Shown in pieces: positions 38,774 through 47,630 of a stretch of DNA of 64,000 bases. The notes below the pieces were generated by a model. The model was not told where the DNA came from. It was given only the letters and a program-made list of their open reading frames with translations, and ran no database searches. This stretch comes from an uncultured Chloroflexia bacterium (GTDB lineage: Bacteria > Chloroflexota > Limnocylindria > QHBO01). Location of the stretch: contig CAWFCQ010000005.1 in the NCBI GenBank assembly GCA_963814375.1, forward strand, positions 32,001 through 96,000, in the 5' to 3' direction. Both the position numbers and the translations under genes were made by a program. Each line of letters begins with the position of its first letter. The stretch's first letter is position 1.

Positions 38774-41599
38774 ATGACCGCCGAGCGCGCCGAAGCCCGT
38801 CCCACCACCATCCACCTCGTACCGCACACCCACTGGGACCGGGAGTGGTACCGGCCGTTCCAGAGCTTCCGGATGCAGCTGGTCGACCTCGTCGACCGCG
38901 TGCTCGACATGCTCGAGGCGGACCCGGACTTCGCCTTCACCCTCGACGGCCAGCTGGCGACGGTGGACGACTACCTCGAGATCCGCCCTGAGCAGGAAGA
39001 GCGCCTCAGGGGCCACGTCCAGAGCGGGCGCCTCGCCATCGGCCCGTGGCAGATCCTGATGGACGAGTTCCTCGTCAGCGGCGAGACGCTCGTCCGTAAT
39101 CTCGAGATGGGCTGGGAGCGCGCCGAGGAGTTCGGCGGACCGATGCGCATCGGGTACCTGCCGGACATGTTCGGTCACGTCGCCCAGATGCCGCAGCTGC
39201 TTCGAGCCGCCGGACTGGCCGATGCAGTCGTGTGGCGCGGCATCCCGGGCTCCATCGACCGCCACGCGTTCCGGTGGGAGTCGCCGGATGGCTCGTGGGT
39301 TCGTGCCGAGTACCTGCCATCCGGCTACGGGAACGCCGCAAGCATGTTCGCGGTGCCCGACGGGCTCAAGGCCGCGTCCGAACGATTCCTCGACTGGTCG
39401 CATCCATGGTTCGGCGCCGACCCGGTGCTGGCGATGTACGGGACCGATCACACCGCGCCCGTCCCCGAGCTTGCGGCCCTGGTGAGCCGGCTGAACGAGG
39501 TCCAGGACGCATCGAGCATGCGGATCGGGACGCTGGCGCAGTACGTCGCGGCGGCGGCGCCCCTGACCGAGTCCGACCCATGCTGGCGCGGCGAGATGCG
39601 CTCGGGTGCCCGGGCCAACGTGCTGATGGGCGTGGCCAGCGCTCGGATCGATATCAAGCAGGCCGCCGGACGGGCGGAACGATGGGTCGAGCGCTACGCG
39701 GAGCCGCTCACCGCTCTCCACGTCGCGGTCGATGCCTGGCCGAAAGCCTTCCTGCGCCTCGCGTGGCGGAGGATGATCGAGAACTCGGCGCACGACTCGA
39801 TCTGCGGGTGCAGCATCGACCCGGTCGTCGACCAGGTCCTCGTCCGCTTCGCCGAGGCGGAGCAGATCGGCTCCACGCTGGCACGCCGGGCGGCCGCCAC
39901 GGTCGCCGCCGGAGTCGGGCGCGGGGCGATCGCGGTCCTCAATCCATCGCCGGCGCAGCGTCCGGGAGTCGTCGAGGTCGAGGTGCCGGTTCCCGAGGAG
40001 TGGAGCGAGGTCGCGCTCGAGCTTCCGGACGGGACGCGGCTGGCGACGCAGGAGCTGGCGCGCAAGGATCCCCTTCTCTTCGACCAGTCGCTGCGTGGAG
40101 GCGATGTCGAGGACCTCTTCCGCCGTTTCCATGGGCGGGAGATCTTCGATCACTCGTGGAACGGCTATCGCATCGAGGGTCGCAACATCACCTTCGAGGT
40201 CGACAACGATGCTGATCCTGCGTGGCTGGACGTCGACGGGCTGCGGGCCGAGGTGACGGCGGCGCTGCAGGCCAACGGCAATGAAATCTGGCAGGCGCGG
40301 ATGGTTGCGCGCTCGCGGCGGACGCTCGCCGCGCTGGTGCCGGCCCCGGCCCTCGGATGGACGGCGATCCGCGCGGTCTCCGGCTCGGGCGATGTCGCCA
40401 ACCCGGTGCGCATCGGCTCCGATGAACGGTCGATGACGAACGGGCTGCTTGCGGTCTCCGCCGCGGAGGACGGGACCCTGAGGCTCGAGGCGGCGGACGG
40501 CACCGCGGTGACGGGACTGGGCCGCATCGTCGACGGGGGCGACTTCGGCGACTCCTACAACTACGGGCCGCCGGAGAGGGACCGGATCGTCGAGACGCCG
40601 GACAGCATCAGCGTGACGGTGACCGAACCGGGACCGATCCGCGGGCGCCTCGTCATCCGTCGCTCGTACGGCTGGCCGCGTGGCCTCGACCTCGATGGGT
40701 CGGGCCGAAGCGGCGACACGGAGCCGACCGAGGTCATCGTCGAGGCCGAGCTTCGCGCCGACGAGCCGTTCGTTCGGATCAACGTGTCGTTCGTGAACCA
40801 CGCGGACGACCACCGTGTCCGGTTCCACGCTCCCCTTCCGAGACGGTCGGAGGGCTCGGCAGCCGAAGGCCAGTTCGCGGTCGTGCAGCGCGGGCTAGTG
40901 GCGGAGGGCGGGTATCGCGAAGTGCCGCTCGCCACCTACCCCGCCCATGGCTGGGTCGACTCGGGGGGCCTGGCGGTGCTGCTCGAGCACCTGGCGGAGT
41001 ACGAGGTCATTCCGGATGGTTCGGAGCTCGCGATCACGCTCCTGCGCTCGACGGGTCTCATCAGCCGCAACGCGAACCCGTACCGGCAGGATCCCGCCGG
41101 CCCCGAGATGCGGATCCCGAACGCCCAGATGCGCGGGCCGCGCCGGATGAGCTTCGGCCTGCTTCCCCATCGCGGCGACTGGGCCGCGGGTGACGTGGCG
41201 AAGGCGTCGGAGCGATACCGCCACGGGTTCATCACCTTCCCCGGCTCGGCATCGTCCGAGGCGCCGTGGCCGCCGCCCGGCGCGGGGATCGATGCCCTGG
41301 CCCTCGACGACGGGCACGTGGCGCTGACGGCGCTCCGACGGCGTGACGACGGGTGGCTGGAGGCTCGGATCGTGAACCTCGCGGATCAGGCTGCCACCGC
41401 CACGCTTCGCGGTGACCTCACCGACGCCCGGGAGGCGAACCTTCGCGGTGAGCCCGGAGCGCCGCTTCAGATCGCCGACGGCCGGCTCACGATCAAGCTG
41501 CGGCCGGCCGAGATCCGCACGGTGCAGCTGCGTCGCGTCGAGTCGGCGTCCGGGCGCGCCGAAGTTCTCGACGCCGCCGGCCCGCGCCAGAACGCATGA
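38774..41599 (+). CDS. GH38 alpha-mannosidase family hydrolase
   Basis: HTHWDREWY, LDGQ, PDMFGH and HDSICGCS. Confidence 0.92.
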   Translation: MTAERAEARPTTIHLVPHTHWDREWYRPFQSFRMQLVDLVDRVLDMLEADPDFAFTLDGQLATVDDYLEIRPEQEERLRGHVQSGRLAIGPWQILMDEFLVSGETLVRNLEMGWERAEEFGGPMRIGYLPDMFGHVAQMPQLLRAAGLADAVVWRGIPGSIDRHAFRWESPDGSWVRAEYLPSGYGNAASMFAVPDGLKAASERFLDWSHPWFGADPVLAMYGTDHTAPVPELAALVSRLNEVQDASSMRIGTLAQYVAAAAPLTESDPCWRGEMRSGARANVLMGVASARIDIKQAAGRAERWVERYAEPLTALHVAVDAWPKAFLRLAWRRMIENSAHDSICGCSIDPVVDQVLVRFAEAEQIGSTLARRAAATVAAGVGRGAIAVLNPSPAQRPGVVEVEVPVPEEWSEVALELPDGTRLATQELARKDPLLFDQSLRGGDVEDLFRRFHGREIFDHSWNGYRIEGRNITFEVDNDADPAWLDVDGLRAEVTAALQANGNEIWQARMVARSRRTLAALVPAPALGWTAIRAVSGSGDVANPVRIGSDERSMTNGLLAVSAAEDGTLRLEAADGTAVTGLGRIVDGGDFGDSYNYGPPERDRIVETPDSISVTVTEPGPIRGRLVIRRSYGWPRGLDLDGSGRSGDTEPTEVIVEAELRADEPFVRINVSFVNHADDHRVRFHAPLPRRSEGSAAEGQFAVVQRGLVAEGGYREVPLATYPAHGWVDSGGLAVLLEHLAEYEVIPDGSELAITLLRSTGLISRNANPYRQDPAGPEMRIPNAQMRGPRRMSFGLLPHRGDWAAGDVAKASERYRHGFITFPGSASSEAPWPPPGAGIDALALDDGHVALTALRRRDDGWLEARIVNLADQAATATLRGDLTDAREANLRGEPGAPLQIADGRLTIKLRPAEIRTVQLRRVESASGRAEVLDAAGPRQNA

Positions 41600-41644
41600 G
41601 CGCGCGGTAGCATACGCGCCACCCTATCTCGCAAGGCAACGGAG

Positions 41645-42061
41645 GTGACCGTGGAGCTCGAGCAGCAACTCGCATCGGTGCCGCTCCTGGCAGGGCTCAA
41701 TGAGAAGGTCCGCCGCCGCCTGGCGGAGATCGGCAAGCGGCGCACCTACGCCGCCGATGAGACGATCGTGCGCGAGGGCTCGACCGGAACGGCCCTCTAC
41801 ATCGTTCTCCGCGGACGCGCGCGCGTCGAGCGCGAGGGCACGGCGATCGGCCAGCTGTCGGCCGGCGACTTCTTCGGCGAGCTCGCCCTGATCGAGGAGC
41901 ACCCGCGTTCGGCCACGGTCGTCGCCAACGAGGAGACCGATTGTCTCCTCTTCCCGGCGTGGGAGTTCACCGCGCTGCTCGAGGAGCATCCGGAGATCGC
42001 CGTGCCGATCATGCGCGAGCTGATCGGGCGACTGCACCGCCGCGAGCACCACGGAGCCTGA
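41645..42061 (+). CDS. Stand-alone cyclic-nucleotide-binding domain protein
   Basis: GDFFGELALI..PRSATV; GGAGG RBS. Confidence 0.92.
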   Translation: MTVELEQQLASVPLLAGLNEKVRRRLAEIGKRRTYAADETIVREGSTGTALYIVLRGRARVEREGTAIGQLSAGDFFGELALIEEHPRSATVVANEETDCLLFPAWEFTALLEEHPEIAVPIMRELIGRLHRREHHGA

Positions 42062-42064
42062 CCC

Positions 42065-42724
42065 ATCGGCCTGCGCGTCGTCCTCGAGGTCGCGCCAAAG
42101 AAGGCCTTCGCCAGCGCGCTCGATTGGCCGGGGTGGTCCCGCGGTGCGAAGACGCCCGATGAGGCACTCGAGCAGCTCCTGAGGTATTCCTCCCGCTATC
42201 GCCGTGTCGCGCAGCGCGCGAAGCTCGCCTTCTCACCGCCAAAGACGGCGCGAGGCATCGAGATCGTGGAGCGCCTCAAGGGCAGCGCCGGAACCGAGTT
42301 CGGCGTGCCGAGCGCAGCCGCGTCAGCCGAGGACGACCCGATCTCCTCCGCCGACCTCAAGCGCCTCGTCGGCCTCCTGGAGGCCTCGTGGGCGACGTTC
42401 GACGCCGCGGCATCGAAGGCCAAGGGCGTTCAGCTGCGCCTCGGTCCCCGCGGCGGCGGCCGGCAGGTGCCGAAGATGATCGGTCACGTGCTCGAGGCGG
42501 AGGCCGCCTACGTGCACCAGATCGGGACGCAGAGCCCCGGCGCCACGGCGCCGATGAAGCAGATCCGCCAGGCAATGGTCGACGCCATCGGCGTGCTGGC
42601 GCGCGGTGAGGAGCTCCCGGAGCCGAACAAGGTGCGCCGCCCATGGTCGCCGCGCTACACGGTGCGCCGATCGGCGTGGCATGCCCTCGACCACGCCTGG
42701 GAGATCGAGGACCGCTCGACCTGA
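42065..42724 (+). CDS. Conserved hypothetical protein (DinB-like C-terminus), start unclear
   Basis: Frame is open from 42062: LRVVLEVAPKKAFASALDWPGWSR...HVLEAE..Y...RRSAWHALDHAWEIEDR. Confidence 0.7.
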   Translation: MGLRVVLEVAPKKAFASALDWPGWSRGAKTPDEALEQLLRYSSRYRRVAQRAKLAFSPPKTARGIEIVERLKGSAGTEFGVPSAAASAEDDPISSADLKRLVGLLEASWATFDAAASKAKGVQLRLGPRGGGRQVPKMIGHVLEAEAAYVHQIGTQSPGATAPMKQIRQAMVDAIGVLARGEELPEPNKVRRPWSPRYTVRRSAWHALDHAWEIEDRST

Positions 42725-42727
42725 GGC

Positions 42728-43519
42728 TCAGCCGAGCCGCGTCAGGATCGCCTCGCGCTCGAAGATCCAGTTGCCGGCGACCAGCGCGATCCCGATCAGG
42801 ATCGCGACGACGAGGTCGCCGAGGATGACCTGCTGCATTGTGAACGAAGCCTGTCCCGAGAAGAAGCCGGCCACGGCGATCGCGATGATCGGGATCACGA
42901 TGAACCCGCCGATCTGCTGCGCGGTGCGCGGGTCGTTGACGCGCGAGCTGACGATGATGCCGAGCAGGACGCTGAACATGCAGATGAGCGGGACGAGCGT
43001 CAGCATCGCCACGGTCCAGACGTCGTTGAAGATGAGCCGGGTCAGGATCGGATCGGCGATGGCGCCGTTCACGAACCCGTAGAGCAGGAAGACACCCCAG
43101 GTCGCGAGCACCGCCGGCGTGGCGGCCGAGATGGCCTTGCCGACCAGCAGCTCGCTCACCTCCATCGGCGTCGCCAGCTGGGGCTCGAGAGCCCGCGTCG
43201 TCTTCTCGCCGATGATCGACTGGGTGGCGATCGCCATCGGCACCATGGCCGGAATGAGGAGGAAGTAGGCCATGAAGTTGAGGACGATGAACCCCTGCGC
43301 CGCGAGCTTCGGGTCGAGGTTCGGGAACTGGGCGATGTAGCCCTCGATCTCGCTGAGCTGGTTGGGGTCGAGCTCGTTGGCCTGGATGAAGGCCACGATC
43401 CCGGTCGGGATGGCGGCGAACACGAGGGCGGGGAAGACGACGGCGCCGAGCAGCAGGCGGTTCGCGAGGAGGTCGGTCACCTCCTTCGTGAGCACCGCCC
43501 AGATGTACGACGGTCGCAT
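42728..43519 (-). CDS. ABC-2 type exporter permease
   Basis: IIGEK..RALE..LATP...ELLVGK. Confidence 0.88.
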   Translation of the reverse strand: MRPSYIWAVLTKEVTDLLANRLLLGAVVFPALVFAAIPTGIVAFIQANELDPNQLSEIEGYIAQFPNLDPKLAAQGFIVLNFMAYFLLIPAMVPMAIATQSIIGEKTTRALEPQLATPMEVSELLVGKAISAATPAVLATWGVFLLYGFVNGAIADPILTRLIFNDVWTVAMLTLVPLICMFSVLLGIIVSSRVNDPRTAQQIGGFIVIPIIAIAVAGFFSGQASFTMQQVILGDLVVAILIGIALVAGNWIFEREAILTRLG

Positions 43520-44466
43520 CAGGCCGCCACCCGCTCGTCTCGCGTCGGCGACTCGCCGACGAGGTCGAGATACACCTGCTCGAGCGTGACCGCCTCCTCC
43601 GCAACGCCCACGATCCGGGCTCCCGCACCGACCAGCGCGCGGACGAGCTCGGGGTTGTCACCGCGCGGATCGGTGACTTCCACGAAGAGGCTGCCGTCGA
43701 GCGCACGCGCAGCCTCGACGAAACGCAGGTCGCCGAGCAGATCGAGGAAGGACTCCGGGCGCCGCGCGCCGACGAGGTCGACGCGGACCGATGCCGTCCC
43801 GTTGCGGCGCCGCAGGCGCGCCGGGGTGTCGACCCGGAGGAGCGTGCCACGCATGATCCCCATCCGGTCGCAGAGCCGCTCGGCCTCATCGAGATTGTGC
43901 GTGCAGACCACGATCGAGCGGCCGGCGTCGCGAAGGGTGGCCACGAAGTCGCGGATCGTCTTCGCCGCCGATGGGTCGAGGGCGCTGGTCGGCTCGTCCA
44001 GGTACAGCACCTCGGGCTCGTGCAGGAGGGCGCGCGCGATCGCCACCTTCTGCCGCATCCCCTTGCTGAAGCCCCCCACCCGGCGGTCGCCCTCGTCGGA
44101 GAGGCCGACGATGCCGAGGTATCGGTCCACCGCCCGCCGCAGGGCCGCCCCGCGCAGCCCGTAGAGGCGCCCGTAGTAGCCGAGGTTCTGGCGTGCCGTC
44201 AGCTTGTCGTGGAGCCCGGGCGACTCGGTCAGCACGCCTGTGATGGAGCGGATCGCCTGCGAGTCCGGGCCGAGCTCACGGCCGTTGACCTGCGCGGTCC
44301 CTGTTGACGGCGCGATGAGCCCCGCCAGCATCCGGATCGTGGTCGTCTTGCCCGCGCCGTTCGGGCCGAGCAGCCCGAAGATCTCGCCGTCTCCGACCGT
44401 GAACGACAGGTCGTGAACGGCCGTCAGGTCTCTGAACTGCTTGCCGAGGCCGAGGGCGTTGATCAT
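43519..44466 (-). CDS. ABC exporter ATP-binding protein
   Basis: GPNGAGKTT, FSKGMRQK and LDEPTSALD. Confidence 0.95.
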   Translation of the reverse strand: MINALGLGKQFRDLTAVHDLSFTVGDGEIFGLLGPNGAGKTTTIRMLAGLIAPSTGTAQVNGRELGPDSQAIRSITGVLTESPGLHDKLTARQNLGYYGRLYGLRGAALRRAVDRYLGIVGLSDEGDRRVGGFSKGMRQKVAIARALLHEPEVLYLDEPTSALDPSAAKTIRDFVATLRDAGRSIVVCTHNLDEAERLCDRMGIMRGTLLRVDTPARLRRRNGTASVRVDLVGARRPESFLDLLGDLRFVEAARALDGSLFVEVTDPRGDNPELVRALVGAGARIVGVAEEAVTLEQVYLDLVGESPTRDERVAA

Positions 44467-44538
44467 CGGTGCGGCGCATGCTAGCCGGGTTCCGGTGCGC
44501 CCGCCCACCGTACGATCATCGGGCTTACGATGCGTCGC

Positions 44539-45066
44539 ATGGAGGAACGAACGCTCGACAGCCGCCCCGCGTGGAGCGGGCGCGTGATCTCCGTCCGCGT
44601 CGACGAGGTCGAGCTGTCCGATGGGCGGCGCAGCGCGCGCGAGATCGTCGACCATCCCGGCGCCGTCGCGATCCTCGCCTGGGACGGCGAGCGGCTGGCC
44701 ATGGTGCGCCAGTGGCGTCATGCCACCGGCCAGGAGCTGCTCGAGGTCCCCGCCGGCACCCTCGAGCCCGACGAGGCGCCCGACGCGACCGCTCGACGCG
44801 AGCTGTCCGAGGAGGTCGGCCTGGCGGCCGCGGGCTGGGAGGCCGGCCCGACCTTCTACACGGCACCCGGCTTCTGCACCGAGCTCATGCACCTCTACCT
44901 CGCGACCGACCTGACCGAGGCGCTGGCCGATGGCGACGAGGACGAGGAGCTCGAGGCGAGCTGGATGACGCTGGATGACGCGCTGGCGGCGACCGACGAT
45001 GGCCGCATCGTCGACGCCAAGACGATGGTCGCACTCGCCTGGCTGGCGCGACGCCTGGGGCGCTGA
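44539..45066 (+). CDS. NUDIX hydrolase, ADP-ribose pyrophosphatase-like
   Basis: REIVDHPGAV, PAGTLE..E....ARRELSEEVG and DAKT; TACGAT-N7-ATG. Confidence 0.92.
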   Translation: MEERTLDSRPAWSGRVISVRVDEVELSDGRRSAREIVDHPGAVAILAWDGERLAMVRQWRHATGQELLEVPAGTLEPDEAPDATARRELSEEVGLAAAGWEAGPTFYTAPGFCTELMHLYLATDLTEALADGDEDEELEASWMTLDDALAATDDGRIVDAKTMVALAWLARRLGR

Positions 45067-45103
45067 CGCCGCTGGCACGCGAGTTGCCTCCGCCGCCGTC
45101 CAC

Positions 45104-46186
45104 ATGGCAATCGAGCTCGACAATCCGGTCGCCTCGGCCGAAGACGCCGGCCTGCGGTACCTCCCCGATACGGTCCCTGGCGTTCGGCGCCGCCGCGCCG
45201 GGCGAGGGTTCACGTACGAGGATCCCGACGGCACCCGCATCTCCGAACCTGGTCGCCTCGAATGGATCCGCGGGCTCGCCATTCCGCCGGCCTGGACCGA
45301 TGTCTGGATCAGCCCGATCCGACGCGGTCATCTCCAGGCCACCGGCCGAGATGCGCGGGGGCGCAAGCAGTACCGCTATCACCCGCGCTGGCGTTCGGTC
45401 CGTGACGAGGCCAAGTACGGACGCCTGATCGAGTTCGCGCGGGCGCTGCCGAGGATCCGGCGCCGAACCGACGCCGACCTGCGACGCCGCGGCATGCCGC
45501 GCGAGAAGGTGCTGGCGCTCGTGGTCAAGCTCCTCGAGGCGACCCTGATCCGGGTCGGGAACGAGGAGTACGCGCGGGACAACAAGAGCTTCGGGCTCTC
45601 GACGCTGCGCGAGCGTCACGTGACGATCGACGGCGGCGAAGCGCGCTTCACGTTCAAGGGCAAGTCCGGACGGGAGCACGAGGTCCCGATCCGTGATCGA
45701 CGCCTCGTCCGCCTCATCCGCCAGTCCCTGGAGATCCCGGGCCAGGAGCTGTTCCAGTATCTCGACGAGGAGTGTCAGCGGCGCCCGATCGACTCCGGCG
45801 ACGTCAACGACTACCTGCGTGACATCAGCGGCGAGGCGTTCACGGCCAAGGACTTCAGGACCTGGGCGGGCACCGTCGCCGCATCCCTGGCCCTCCAGGA
45901 GTGGCTCGAGATCGACGACGAGGCAGGCCGCAAGCGCGCGATCGTGCGGGCGATCGAGGAGGTGGCCGAGCAGCTCGGAAACACCCCGGCCGTGTGCCGA
46001 GCCTGCTACGTCCATCCTGACGTCATCGGCTCCTACCTCGACGGAACCCTCGTCGACGCCCTCAGCGAGCGCGCTCGCGGCGCGGGTCGCGGGGCCCACG
46101 CCCTGCGTCCCGAAGAGGCCGCCGTGCTGGGTCTGCTCCAGGCTCGGCTGGCTCGGGAGTCACGTTCGCGGCGGTCCGCCGCCTGA
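45104..46186 (+). CDS. DNA topoisomerase IB
   Basis: IPPAWTDVWI, GRKQYRYH, IRVGN, FKGKSG, AKDFRTW and LGNTPAVCRACY. Confidence 0.95.
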   Translation: MAIELDNPVASAEDAGLRYLPDTVPGVRRRRAGRGFTYEDPDGTRISEPGRLEWIRGLAIPPAWTDVWISPIRRGHLQATGRDARGRKQYRYHPRWRSVRDEAKYGRLIEFARALPRIRRRTDADLRRRGMPREKVLALVVKLLEATLIRVGNEEYARDNKSFGLSTLRERHVTIDGGEARFTFKGKSGREHEVPIRDRRLVRLIRQSLEIPGQELFQYLDEECQRRPIDSGDVNDYLRDISGEAFTAKDFRTWAGTVAASLALQEWLEIDDEAGRKRAIVRAIEEVAEQLGNTPAVCRACYVHPDVIGSYLDGTLVDALSERARGAGRGAHALRPEEAAVLGLLQARLARESRSRRSAA

Positions 46187-46217
46187 GCGTCGCCGATGAC
46201 GCGCTCATGGCGCCGGG

Positions 46218-46589
46218 TCAGGCGGCGTCGCCGATGCGCTCGAGCGCGCGGCGGTAGTCCTCGTTCGTTGGCTTCATGCGCACCGCGAGTCGGAGGTGGC
46301 GGCGCGCCGTCCGAACGTCGCCAAGCCGAGCGCGCGAGAGGCCGAGGCCGAAGTGCGCGTAGTGCGCGAGGGGGTCGGCCTCGACGATCGCGCCGAAGCG
46401 GTCCGCCGCGAGCTCGAGCTCGCCCTGGTTGAAGTACGCCTGCCCGAGGGCCTCGAGGATGGACGCCTTGCCGGGCTCGAGCGCCAGCGCGCGCTCCAGG
46501 AGGACGGCCGATGCGCCGAAGTGCTGCTCGGCGAGCATGCGCGACCCGCGCTGGAAGAGCTCGTAGGCCGATTCGCGCGCGGACTGCAT
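46218..46589 (-). CDS. TPR protein
   Basis: Tandem TPR helices (ALALEP, LGQAYF, AHFGLG). Confidence 0.88.
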   Translation of the reverse strand: MQSARESAYELFQRGSRMLAEQHFGASAVLLERALALEPGKASILEALGQAYFNQGELELAADRFGAIVEADPLAHYAHFGLGLSRARLGDVRTARRHLRLAVRMKPTNEDYRRALERIGDAA

Positions 46590-46598
46590 CGGTCAAGC

Positions 46599-47630
46599 CT
46601 AGCGCTCGAGGTCGACCGGCTCCAGCCTCGGGTTCTCGCTCATGCCGGGGATCCTGCCGCGCTTCGCAACCGGCCGGCCATCGACTTCCTTGAGGTCGCC
46701 GGTAAAGTCGATCGGACTGGCCTTGCTGATCGCGCTGCCCACCGCGAACGAGTCGACCGGCGCTTCTGCGTCCTTGAAGACGCCGATGCGGTCCACGTCC
46801 ATGCCCCCGGAAACCACGATCTTCACGTCCGGGTGCCCGGCGAGGTCGAGGCGAGCGCGCACCTCCTTGACGAGCTCGGGGGTGACCCGGCCGCGCTCGC
46901 TCGGAGTGTCCAGGCGCACGCCCCACAGGTGGTCGCCGAGCGCCTCGGCCACCCGCAGCGACTCCTCGGCTTCGTCCTTGAAGGTGTCAACCAGAATCAC
47001 CCGCGGGATCTCGGGGTCAATGTGGCGGTCGAACGCCTCGGCCGCGCGGACGGTGTCGCCGAAGATGAGGACGAGCGCGTGCGGCATCGTTCCGGTTGGT
47101 GCAAGCCCGGCGAGGCGTGCGCCGGCGGGCGTGGAGGCGCCGATGCAGCCGCCAACGACCGACGCGTAGTCCATCTGGTCGGCGACGCTGGGGTGGACGT
47201 GGCGCGCTCCGAAGCCGATGACGGGGATCGGCGCCGCGGCATCGACCACGCGCCGCGCCGCGGTCGCCCATCCGGAGCTGCTGGCGAGGATGCCGAGGAT
47301 GGCGGTCTCGTACAGGCCGAAGGCCGAGTAGCGAGCCCGGATGCGCATCACCACTTCCTTCGAGCTGAACGTGTCGCCGTCGTGCAGCGACTCGACCAAC
47401 GGGCGCACCTCGCCGTTGGCCTCCGCGAAGATCTCGCGAAGGTAGGCATGCGCCTCCTCGGCGCCGCAGAGGATTCCCTCGCCCCGCGAGAACACCTCCA
47501 TCGTGACGACCGGGTCGAGGCCCTCGGCTGCCAGGATCGTTCGCGCGCGGTCGAAGTACACGTCCGCCGTCTCCCCCGAGAGCACGTCGGCCGCCGTCGG
47601 GAAGCGCGGGGATGGTCGCTCCGCCGTCAT
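46599..47630 (-). CDS. Nicotinate phosphoribosyltransferase (archaeal/QPRT-like type)
   Basis: DVYF, FGARH, GTMPHA, VRLDTP, SGG and AKRG. Confidence 0.9.
   Translation of the reverse strand: MTAERPSPRFPTAADVLSGETADVYFDRARTILAAEGLDPVVTMEVFSRGEGILCGAEEAHAYLREIFAEANGEVRPLVESLHDGDTFSSKEVVMRIRARYSAFGLYETAILGILASSSGWATAARRVVDAAAPIPVIGFGARHVHPSVADQMDYASVVGGCIGASTPAGARLAGLAPTGTMPHALVLIFGDTVRAAEAFDRHIDPEIPRVILVDTFKDEAEESLRVAEALGDHLWGVRLDTPSERGRVTPELVKEVRARLDLAGHPDVKIVVSGGMDVDRIGVFKDAEAPVDSFAVGSAISKASPIDFTGDLKEVDGRPVAKRGRIPGMSENPRLEPVDLER

Noticed and set aside
38726-40828. Long antisense or alternate-frame ORFs (e.g. 700 aa here, 47612-49891, 51820-53553)
   Set aside because: Shadow ORFs expected at high GC; they overlap genes with clear motifs and have no recognisable domains
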